Made by a program: the position numbers and the translations under genes. From positions 106,546 to 170,545 of the forward strand of contig CAYPCY010000001.1 in the NCBI GenBank assembly GCA_964409385.1: a DNA stretch of 64,000 nucleotides, written 5' to 3'. Shown piece by piece: positions 7,369 to 17,000 of this stretch. How positions within the stretch are numbered: position 1 is the stretch's first letter; every line of letters starts with the position of its first letter. The notes beneath the pieces were generated by a model. It had not been told where the DNA came from, made no database searches, and was given only the letters and a program-made list of their open reading frames with translations. This DNA comes from an uncultured Methanosarcinales archaeon (GTDB lineage Archaea > Nanobdellota > Nanobdellia > Woesearchaeales > CAYPCY01).

Positions 7369-7662
7369 TTATATGTTTTTGTCAGTGAAGTAATTGTTTG
7401 CTCTGCTTGCAAATCTTATAATCCATCTTGATGCTGGCCCTGGATTTTTTGAAAAGTATCGTTTAACTTGTTCCAATTCTTCACCTTGATAGAGTGCATA
7501 TTCTATAATGCATACTGTTCCTGTATCAATTGCATTAACTATTCCTTTTTTTTCTTTTTGTATTCTTTCGAAAGTAATTGTTTCCGAGTCTGTTCTTTCC
7601 CAACCTATTCTTTGCATTAATCCTGAAATGTCCTTTTTTTCTATTAATTCTTCAAGTTTCAT
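7369..7662 (-). CDS. hypothetical protein (97 aa)
   Basis: Complete ORF with a plausible ATG. No motif recognised. Confidence 0.4.
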   Translation of the reverse strand: MKLEELIEKKDISGLMQRIGWERTDSETITFERIQKEKKGIVNAIDTGTVCIIEYALYQGEELEQVKRYFSKNPGPASRWIIRFASRANNYFTDKNI

Positions 7663-7747
7663 TACTTTAGATAATTAGTTGTTTATTTTAAAGTTAACGA
7701 GAAAAAACATAGCAAGCATTAAATACTCAGTCATAATCTTTATTATT

Positions 7748-8095
7748 ATGAGAGCGACAATAATTCACAATCCTAAATGTGGAACTTCTAGGAAAGTTTT
7801 GGAAATATTAAGGGAAAATAAGATTTATGCTAGTATTATTAATTATTTGGAAGAACCTCTTTCCATGGATGAACTTAAGGGATTATTGTCTAAATTAGAA
7901 ATGTCTGCTGATGATATTGTTAGGAAGAAGGAAAAAGAGGCGTCATTAATTAAGCCTGGCATGTCTGAGAATGAAAAACTTCAAATTATTCACGATAATC
8001 CCATCCTTATTGAAAGGCCTATTGTAATAACGCGTAAGCATGCTAAGATCTGTAGACCTAAAGAACTTGTTCTTGAATTAATCAAACAAGGATAA
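7748..8095 (+). CDS. ArsC/Spx-family protein (arsenate reductase-like thioredoxin-fold)
   Basis: From the internal ATG: MRATIIHNPKCGTSRKVLEILREN...IINYLEEPLS..EL..LLSKL....DIVRKKEKEA......SENEKLQIIHDNPILIERPIVI. This shows the family's N-terminal Cys-x-x-S/T-R motif and the C-terminal LIeRPIV motif. The ORF-track start at 7679 adds an unlikely hydrophobic leader. Confidence 0.65.
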   Translation: MRATIIHNPKCGTSRKVLEILRENKIYASIINYLEEPLSMDELKGLLSKLEMSADDIVRKKEKEASLIKPGMSENEKLQIIHDNPILIERPIVITRKHAKICRPKELVLELIKQG

Positions 8096-8926
8096 TAAAT
8101 CTTTCTTTGAAGATTTTTTTGAATATTCTATATTGCTATTCAATAAGTAATTTTCAATTTCTTCTTTTGAATTTTTAGATGTTGGTTTTATTATTCTTGG
8201 TTTTATAACTTCTGGAGTTTCTAAACTTTTTACATCGTCAAAGTTCACTTTTTCTCTTCCGTTAATAATTGCATTCCTGCAAGAGTCTTCACAATTAGCT
8301 AATACTGCTCTTGGATTTCTGTCAAGATCATAGATTGCTTGTGTCATTTCTTCATTTAATATCTCATGACCTTCAAGTCTTCCTTGAATTAGTTCTACTG
8401 CTTGTTGTGGAGTTAGTTCTCCTAGTTTGTAAGTGTTTTCTTCAACTAAATCTCTTAAGTCTTCAGTTAGTAATACTTCTTTTTTAGAAACTAGTACTAT
8501 TGATTTAAAGTATCCTTGGTCGTACAAGTCTACTATTTTCTCCATTTCGCCAGGTTTTAAGTCTTGAGCTTCATCAAGTAGTAATATTGCATCTCTTGAT
8601 TTTATATTTATTAGTCTTTTGAAGAAGGAGTTTCTTCCGATTAATAATTTATTGAATGGTATTGTTTTTTCTGTAGTATTGCAACTATAATAAATTATTT
8701 TTCCTTCTCCTAAATAATCATTGATTATTGTTTTTAGTGTTGTTGTCTTTCCACTTCCATACTCGCCTTTTAGTAGTATTAACTGTCCTGATTCTATTTT
8801 ATCAAGAATTTCTTGGTTAACTTTTTCTTGGCCTATCATATCAGTAGCTCTTGGCTTCATACTAAATGGATTTTCTTCAAATCCTAATTCCTCATACCAT
8901 GTTTCTTCCGTCATTTTAATTTTCAA
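8078..8926 (-). CDS. ExeA/GspA-like AAA+ ATPase (AAA_22 type)
   Basis: The N-terminus YEELGFEENPFSMKPRATDMIG...ILLKGEYGSGKTTTLKTI reproduces the ExeA signature (hFGL-x-x-x-PF, then a Walker A ~45 aa later). A Walker B-like LLLDEAQDL follows. Confidence 0.6.
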   Translation of the reverse strand: MKIKMTEETWYEELGFEENPFSMKPRATDMIGQEKVNQEILDKIESGQLILLKGEYGSGKTTTLKTIINDYLGEGKIIYYSCNTTEKTIPFNKLLIGRNSFFKRLINIKSRDAILLLDEAQDLKPGEMEKIVDLYDQGYFKSIVLVSKKEVLLTEDLRDLVEENTYKLGELTPQQAVELIQGRLEGHEILNEEMTQAIYDLDRNPRAVLANCEDSCRNAIINGREKVNFDDVKSLETPEVIKPRIIKPTSKNSKEEIENYLLNSNIEYSKKSSKKDLLSLFD

Positions 8927-9791
8927 ATATTGCCTCGCATCCTATGCATTGGTCATTTTCTATTTCCACTTTAGTTCCACATTCTACACAGTAAGTGTCA
9001 CATTTTGGACATAACCATTCTTCCTTTATATTTTCTAGTTTTGTTTTGCAAGCATTACATAATAGGACTCCATTGGGATATTCTACATGTTGCTTGTGCA
9101 AGATCAAATCTAATTCTTTCTTGGATAATTCTTTTCCTTTTGAAATTCTTTTTTCCATATAATTACTTAATTTCATGAAAAAATCTTTTGTTGAATTTGA
9201 TGTTTTGAAAATTTCGCTTAATTCTTTTTCATTTATATGCTCTTCATATTCTGAAAATTTGTCTTTTAAAATTTCTTGTGTTTGTTTAAAGTTCAGTTTG
9301 GGAACTGTTACTATTCTATTTCCTATCCTATCTTTTAAACTTCCAGAAATTTTTGCGTTTTCATAATCATGTGTTGTTAAGACTGCTGATTTTATGTATC
9401 CTTGATCAAAATAGAATTTTATTCTTTCACAGTTTTTTCTTGTTAGTTTATTAACATCATCAAGAAGTAATACCCTGTTTTTCGGAGTATTTCCAGTTAG
9501 TCTTTTTAAAAATCCGTATTTTTTTCTTAGAAGATCTTCAATGTTTAGTCTTTTACTAACATCTGAAGCATTTACATAAATTATTTTTCCTCTGAAATTA
9601 TCTATTATTCCTTTTAGTAATTGTGTCTTTCCAGTTCCTTTATGTCCTTGTAAGACCACTAGACTTCCAGCTTTAACTCTGTAAAGTAAGTCTTCAAATT
9701 CTTTATCAAAGAATTTCGTTTCACTATCACTCCTTAAGGGTTCTAATCCTAAAGGGTTATCAAAAAAGCCTAAATCCTCAAACCACTCCAT
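8916..9791 (-). CDS. ExeA/GspA-like AAA+ ATPase paralogue with a C-terminal double zinc-ribbon
   Basis: MEWFEDLGFFDNPLGLEPL...VVLQGHKGTGKTQLLKGI, then LLLDDVNKL (Walker B). The C-terminus CNACKTK..CPKCDTYCVECGTK...CIGCE gives four CxxC pairs. It overlaps the downstream paralogue by 11 nt. Confidence 0.6.
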   Translation of the reverse strand: MEWFEDLGFFDNPLGLEPLRSDSETKFFDKEFEDLLYRVKAGSLVVLQGHKGTGKTQLLKGIIDNFRGKIIYVNASDVSKRLNIEDLLRKKYGFLKRLTGNTPKNRVLLLDDVNKLTRKNCERIKFYFDQGYIKSAVLTTHDYENAKISGSLKDRIGNRIVTVPKLNFKQTQEILKDKFSEYEEHINEKELSEIFKTSNSTKDFFMKLSNYMEKRISKGKELSKKELDLILHKQHVEYPNGVLLCNACKTKLENIKEEWLCPKCDTYCVECGTKVEIENDQCIGCEAIFEN

Positions 9792-9928
9792 CTTGCAAGT
9801 AAGAATTTACTAGGGATTTTTAAACCTTTTGTTTCTTAAGAGTGGTTTTTTTGTATTATTACTTTAGGATGGAAAGTTTCCAGTTATTCATAACAAGTTT
9901 TTTAAATAATCAACGCCATACTATTTTT

Positions 9929-10060
9929 ATGGAAACAATTACAATTCCTAAAAAACAATTTGATGAACTAAAATCTTCAGAATCAAATATTAATCTCTTA
10001 AAACAATTAAAGGAAAGCTTGAAAGATATTAAAGAAGGAAGAATAAAAAGAGTGAGATAA
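9929..10060 (+). CDS. small hypothetical protein (43 aa from the internal ATG), convergent with the RelE/ParE-like gene
   Basis: METITIPKKQFDELKSSESNINLLKQLKESLKDIKEGRIKRVR. Its stop abuts the toxin's stop. It is not recognisably an antitoxin. Confidence 0.25.
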   Translation: METITIPKKQFDELKSSESNINLLKQLKESLKDIKEGRIKRVR

Positions 10061-10375
10061 TTATCTATTCATTAAATTTTCAAGTTCTTCTTTGAAAAGA
10101 GTTGAAAACATTCTTACATTATTTATTGTGTTTTGTTGATTTTTCTTTTCGCTAATTCCCACCATTATCACTGAGCACAATTTCTCATGTATTAAATAAT
10201 AAATTCTATATTTTCCAAATCTTTTTTCTCTAAAATTTAAAGGTCCTAGAACTTTTCCAGATTTTGGATTTAGTTTTAATTGTAGTTCTATTTTTTCTAT
10301 CCTTTCTCTTAGCTTCTTTTCACATTTCTTGAATTCTTTTTCAAATCTGAATGATCTATAAACTTTAAAAATCAT
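10061..10375 (-). CDS. RelE/ParE-family type II toxin-like protein (no co-directional antitoxin ORF found)
   Basis: ...KKCEKKLRERIEKIELQLKLNPKSGKVLGPL...RFGKYRIYYLIHEKLCSVIMVGISEKKNQ matches the ParE/RelE pattern (l..nP..G..L.g.l....R.G.YRiiY.i.......V.il.i.hRk). Confidence 0.6.
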   Translation of the reverse strand: MIFKVYRSFRFEKEFKKCEKKLRERIEKIELQLKLNPKSGKVLGPLNFREKRFGKYRIYYLIHEKLCSVIMVGISEKKNQQNTINNVRMFSTLFKEELENLMNR

Positions 10376-10458
10376 GTTTGAAATAGTGAGTTAAAATAAT
10401 AAAATAATTCTTCACGAATATTCGAAATATTTTTATTATCTTAGAATAAACTCATGCT

Positions 10459-11091
10459 ATGACCGTAATATTAATTTCTGGACCTCAAGCTTCCGGAAAG
10501 GGGACTCAAGCAGAACTTTTGGAGAAAAGACTTGGTTTTAAGCATGTTTCTATAGGTAAAATTTTAAGGGATAAAACTAAAAAAAATGATGTTTTAGGAA
10601 GACAAATTAAGGAATTAATTGATAAGGGCGAATTTGTTCCTAATGAAATAACTAATGAGATTGCATTAGAGTATATTAATAATAATGAGAAGATCATTCT
10701 TGATGGCTATCCTAGAAATAAGGAACAGGCAGAATTCTTGTCTAGAGAGTCAGATATTGATTTGATGATTGTTTTAGAAATTTTTGAGTCTTTAACTATT
10801 CAAAGAATTTCTAACAGGAGGGAATGTCCATCTTGTGGAAATGTTTATAATTTAATCACTAAACCTCCTAAAAATAATAAAACGTGCGATTGCGGGACTA
10901 ATTTGGTTTTAAGAAAGGACGATACACAAGAATATATTAAGAAAAGATTATATTCTTATCATAAAAGAACAGAACCTGTTATTAATATTTTTAAGAAGAG
11001 GAATAAGGTTGTATTCTTTGATGGGAGTAAAGATATTGAAGAAATTTATAAGGATGTTCTTTCTATTTTGAAGAAGAAGGAGCTCATTTAA
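10459..11091 (+). CDS. adk: adenylate kinase (long form with Zn-binding LID)
   Basis: P-loop GPQASGKGTQAELL, AMP-binding region, and LID with CPSCG...CDCG zinc knuckle. Confidence 0.9.
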   Translation: MTVILISGPQASGKGTQAELLEKRLGFKHVSIGKILRDKTKKNDVLGRQIKELIDKGEFVPNEITNEIALEYINNNEKIILDGYPRNKEQAEFLSRESDIDLMIVLEIFESLTIQRISNRRECPSCGNVYNLITKPPKNNKTCDCGTNLVLRKDDTQEYIKKRLYSYHKRTEPVINIFKKRNKVVFFDGSKDIEEIYKDVLSILKKKELI

Positions 11092-14000
11092 AGTTTGCTA
11101 GTTCTTTCTTTATTTTTTCTATTTCTTTATCGTCTTTTATTTTTCTCGCATTCTTTAAATCATTAGCTAAAGAATCAAGTCTTAATTTAGTTATGTCTTT
11201 TGTTTTCTCGGAATTTTTTAATTCTTCAATTTCATCTTCTAATGTTTTTTCTTTTTTAGTTTCTTCCTTTACAACTTTCTTTTCTTCAGTTAACACTTTC
11301 TTTTCTGCAGTCCATCCGTGTACTATTGAAAATTCTGTTTCTAATTGTTCTTTCTGTTCTGGAGTTAGTGTGTCTGTATCTATAGAAACTAATATTATTC
11401 CGTCTTTGGTGCTTATTTTATCTTTCATATGATCTAGTAAGTATATTGCCCTATCAAAACTTGTATTTTTCATTATGAACAAGAATGAATCAAAGAATAC
11501 TACTGGATTGTTTTCTTTTAATATATAGTCTACAAATGCCCTGTATATTTTATCAATATCTGTCGGACTTAATGTTTCTTTTCCTTGCTCTAGTGTTATC
11601 CAATAACTCTTATCTTGAGGAATGTCTTTAAGTAATAATTCAGGATTTTCTCTTGTGAATGAAAGTATTTTTCTTCCTTCCATATTACTCTTTACTAGTT
11701 TTAACGAAATTGTGTTTTTCTTTTCTTCAACAATATATAAATTTCTAGATCTTAATTTTCTTTCTAATAATCTAGGATTGAAAATTTCATGGCCTGTTTT
11801 CTTCAAATATTCTTCTCTTTCTTTCTTAGCCTGTGCTAATTCTTTAATTAATTCTTCATCTTCTACTAGTTCTAATGGTTTTTTCTTGACTGTTTTATTA
11901 ATTCCTTTCCATAATGCTTCAACTCTTGGAAGTACACTTTCTAAATAGATTTGTACCATGTTGAAATTTCCTGATTTTAATTTTTCAGTTGCTAGATTTA
12001 CTTCTATCCTAACATCGAAAACATCTACTTTTTCTTTTTCTAATTCTTCAAGTTGATACTCTAAATCTTCTATTATTGTATTATATTTTGAATAATTTGC
12101 TAATGCTTGATCATCTAACCTTTCTATATTATGTAGTAGTGGTCTGAAGTTTACAAAGTATGCTCTTCCTTTGTTATAATCCGCATTCTCTATCATTCCA
12201 GTTCCAGTTCCTGCTTTTATTAAACTCTGCATTATATCAATTCCATATTTTGTTTTTATTCTTTCTAGATCTCCTTCATCTTTAGTTTTCATTTGTATTT
12301 CTGTACTTATGTTTGCTTTTATTTCTCCTATAAAATCACTTAATACTTGACTTATTAGTACTAGACCAACTCCCCATTTCCTAAATTCTCTCGCTCCCCT
12401 TTCTATTTGTAAGAATCCTGCACCACTACCTCCAAATTTAGGTAGTAGTCTGTGAACTTCGTCATATATCATTAATAGTTTTAGTTCTGGACTTTCTGGT
12501 AGGTTTTCTCTGAAGACTTGTCTTATGGTGTTTGCTACGAATAAGTCTACATCTTTTTGACTTAACTTGTTAATTACAAAAACATGAATTTCTCCTGGCT
12601 TCATGAATTTTTTAATACTTACTTTTTGTCTTGGGTTTTCTACTACATGAACATTACCATTAAATGCTCTTGCTTCATTTCTTTTCATTTGGAATTTATG
12701 GTATAATTTCAGCATTGGTTTATTTTCTGATTTTCTTAAGAATCCTGTCCATTGTGCTGTTGGATCAAATACTATAACTGCAGTATTATGCTTTAGTGCT
12801 TCTTCTGCAATATCTTGTGCGGCTACTGTTTTTCCGCCTCCAGTAGCTCCTGCTACTATAGTGTGTGTTTTCAATTTTTCTAATTCTACAAATGTTCTAA
12901 TACTGGTTTCTGCAACATTTCCTAAGAATGCTACTTTTCCTTCTGGCTTTGGTAATGCACTATAGTCAATTTGTATTTTATACCTTGACTTTTTCCTTTT
13001 CCTATACTCATAAAATTCGAACATTCCAAAGTTTAATCCTAAGAATATTATTATTCCTAGAATCACCCATACTGGAATTATTCCTGCAATCCTATAATTA
13101 TACCAGTAATCAGATACTAATACTGTGGCTAGACTAGTAGCTGTCATGTTAAATCCTGTTCCTGAAGGATAAGTTGCTGTTCCTCTTAATACATACCTTC
13201 CTTTAATTAAATCTTCAGGAATTTTTAATGTCTTTATAACGGAGATTGTTGTCTCTATAGCTATTGCTTCTTCCGCTGCTGCTAAGACTTCAAGAGTAGA
13301 TTGGTCTACAAGTTCAAGCAGCAGCTGAACATCCACTCTCTTGGACATCCCTAGGTTATAGACATCCGCCTGAATTTTCAAGGTTTTTCCGGGGGGAATC
13401 CTATCCTGTAATGGAGTTATTTTCAGATCGAGAAGCTTCTCCCTCAATTCCAAAACCCGAATTTCTACAGGGATTGAATTAACGATTGCATCTGCAAGCA
13501 TTAATACAAGGTCTCCTTGATACATTCTTGGTTTGGTCTCGTAGGGTATTGCTATTCTGATCTCTACGTCTCCTTTTTCCCCAGGCGGGATTTCTATTAT
13601 TTGATTCACTACCGTTATGAAATCAGTGATTTCTCCTGATAGTTGCACAACTAGTGCTGCTGCTTCTTGTAGACCGTTTACTATTCCTACTTTCGTATCT
13701 GTTATTTCACCAGGGTAGAGTTGTCGGGATATCCTTGCGGTATCCACTGTAAACTCACTGGTTTTTTGCATATACTTTTGTAGGAGTTCTTCTATTGCTG
13801 TGAGCGTTAAATTTCCCATGTCTGCGACTTGGGTTGAAGTTGAAGCTGTTGAAGATGTTGATACTAATGTTAGAACTTGTGTTACATTTTGGAATGCAGC
13901 ACAATCTTCTGGACTATTTTGGAAACTTTCTCCAAGACTTATTGTACATATTCCGTCTCCTATTACAAATCCTGCCGCTGCATGTTCTGTTAGTACATAT

Positions 14001-17000
14001 GCTGAGAATCCTGTTGTGTTTGCAGTGATTTTATTATTGGTTTGGTCTAATGTTGTATTTATTGAAGTCCATCCTGATTGACAAGCATCATCTATTGATG
14101 ACCAGTTTGTACATTTTGCAACTACTAGTCTTGAAGGATCGTTAACTAGTGAAGTGTCATAATCGAATTCTATACTTATATTATTGGTTAAACTAATATT
14201 TCCTGCTATTCCTGCATGGTTTATTCCTGTTCCTGCTATTGAGAATGCTGTAGTGTTTAGTTTTTCTAGTATGAAATTTTCATTTAATTGTGAAGCATTT
14301 ACATTTATGAAATTCACTATGAAATTGTTGAAGTTGAAACTTGTTTTTGAGAATGTCCTGTCTGGAATTGTTGCGGTATAATCACCGTCAGAATCTAAGG
14401 TTATGTTTGTTCCTTTAGTATCTCCAGTCCATCTGTAAAGGGTTAATTCTGCATTTGATGAAGTTCCATTAAAGTCTTTTACACTTCCTGTTATACTTCT
14501 TGTATTGAAGACTTCAAATAATTCTGATGTGTTTCTTGTATTTCCTAAACTGTCTACTAAATTGTAGCTTATGTTATAATCGTTTTCTGTTGTTATTGTT
14601 AGTGTATTTGTTAGTAGACTTCCAGATACTGAATTTGTTACTTCCCTTTCAGTATATGGAGATACTGTCTCGTAAACTTTTGCATTTGTTGATGATCCTA
14701 TTCCTGTCTCGTCTGTTAAGTAGGTTTTTAGCGTTATTGATCCTGGCGTGAATGAGTCTGTATAGTTTACTATTGTTGGTCCAAAAACGTCAAGGTATGT
14801 TACTGTACTATAATCGTAAGCGTGACTAGTGTCATATACTGCTTTTAATGTGAAGTTTTTAGTTAAATCTCCTGTTGTTATTGTTGGCGCGGTGCATTGT
14901 ACCGTTTCTGAAGTTCCTGATGTTACTTGGCAAGTACTTCCGTCAATGTATACTTTGAAACTTTCCAAGGTTCCACTTCCTTCTGTTGCAGTGGTTATGT
15001 TTATTGTATCTCCTGATTTTATTCCTGTGGATGGTGAGATAGTTAATATTTTAGTGTGTGAAGTAACATTAATGTATGCTGCGAAGTTTTTATCATAACT
15101 CAAGTTTATTGCGTAAGTGTAAAAATTTTTTGTGTCTGGTGCTGTATAATTTATGCTTATTAGGTTGGTAGTATTACTTGATACTGTTGTATTAGTTGGT
15201 AATTCTAGGTTTGTTGTTATGTTAAGGAATAATTCTGTATTTCCAATATTTGTTATGTTTAGATATCCTATAACTCCTTGAACTTGACTTCCTACAGTTA
15301 CTCTATCATTCGTTAATGATGCATTGTATGATTTGTCTTCTGGTACTGTTACGGTTAGTAAGACTTGTTGGTCTGCATCGTTGCTTGTTATTTTTAATGA
15401 TCCTATGTATGTTCCTGCAGGGTAATGTTTTGGCACTGTAATATTTACATCCATGTATCTTGTTGATCCTGCTGGTATTTGTGTGTAGTAGATAGTGTCT
15501 ATTGTGAAATTATTACATACTGTTCCTGAAACACATGTTGCTAATACTCCAACAAGTGGAAATGTTCCAGTACTTTGTACTGTTAATTGTTTTGAGACTG
15601 TTTGTGAATGATTTATTGTGTATGTTAAAGTTGTAGTGTCTAGTGTTAATTCTGCAAGGCTTGATTCTGGCTGTTGTGCTAGTACGAATGATCTATTTCC
15701 GTTTGCGAAAGTGTCAAATGTTGATGTTATTCTTTTGTTCACCTTGTCTATTGTTGTTGTTAGTGCGTTCCAGTCTTGTAAACAGTTTTTGCCTGTTACA
15801 TTCCATGAATTACACTGGTATATTCTTAGGTCGTCTTCTATTGCTATATCGCTCATGAATGAGTTGTATTCTTTTATTACTGTTCCATTACTTGAGAAAT
15901 TATTTTCGAATGATATTCCTGTTATTGATCCTTGTAGTTGTCCTGCTGTTTCACTTCCTAATAAAGTATCTACTGTTAGAAAATTTGATGGTACTTTTCT
16001 AAAGTCTGCCTCGTTTATTGTAAAGTTAAATCCTTCTATTTGTATTTTTGTGATGTATTGTCTTTTTGGAATTGTGAAATTATAATGTCCTGTGGAGTTT
16101 GTTGAATTTTCTAGATAGAAGTTTTTTACAGTATTATTGATTGAAAAATTTGCTAGTAGTGGATTGTTGTTTTGGTCTATTAATTGTCCTTGGAATGTCC
16201 CGTTTTGTCTAACTTCAAAATATCCAGTTCCTGTTCCTGTATTATTTTCTGAATCTGTCGCGTATACTGTTACTTGGAATAGTCCTACTCCATCGTATAC
16301 TGTGGATGCTATTGTTCCTGTATAAATATCAGTTCCTGCTGCTGATAAGTCATCATTATGTGTTCCTCCCCCAAATAATTCTACACTGAAGTTTACTGTG
16401 GTTATTGCATTATTATCTGTTGCATTTACTGTAATGTTAATGTCTGTTCCTGAATCAACATCTGTTAGGTTTATTAGGTTTACTACTGGAACTGTTACAT
16501 CTTTGTAGAATACTGCATTTGTTGTTTCTTTAGTTACTGTAACGTCCGATCCTGAAATGGTATAATTAGCTATTATCTTTAGTGTGTGGTTTACTGCGTC
16601 TGTTGTTGATGGCGCGTAACATTCTAGAGTTGTATTGCTTGTAGTATCGTCAGTAGTGAATATTGTGCATTCAGTATTGTTTATGTATGCCTTATAAGTC
16701 GTATTTGTTGAAATATGATTTGTGTCTGTCCATGTTAGTTTTACTGTTGTATTTATTTGATCGCCTGAAACTACTTTTTCAGGAGCTTCTATTTTTAGAA
16801 TGTTTAGTATTAGTTTTAAGACTCTGAAATTGAAGTTTATTGTTTCATTAACTCCTGTTTCTGTATTATTCACAAATATTGTTCCATTGTAGAGTGTATT
16901 ATCATCTGGAGTTGTATAGTTTAGTTGTATACTTCTTGATTCTTGTTTTTGTATTGTTAATGAAGTGTTTAGATTGGTTGTTATTTGAGATACGTTTCCT

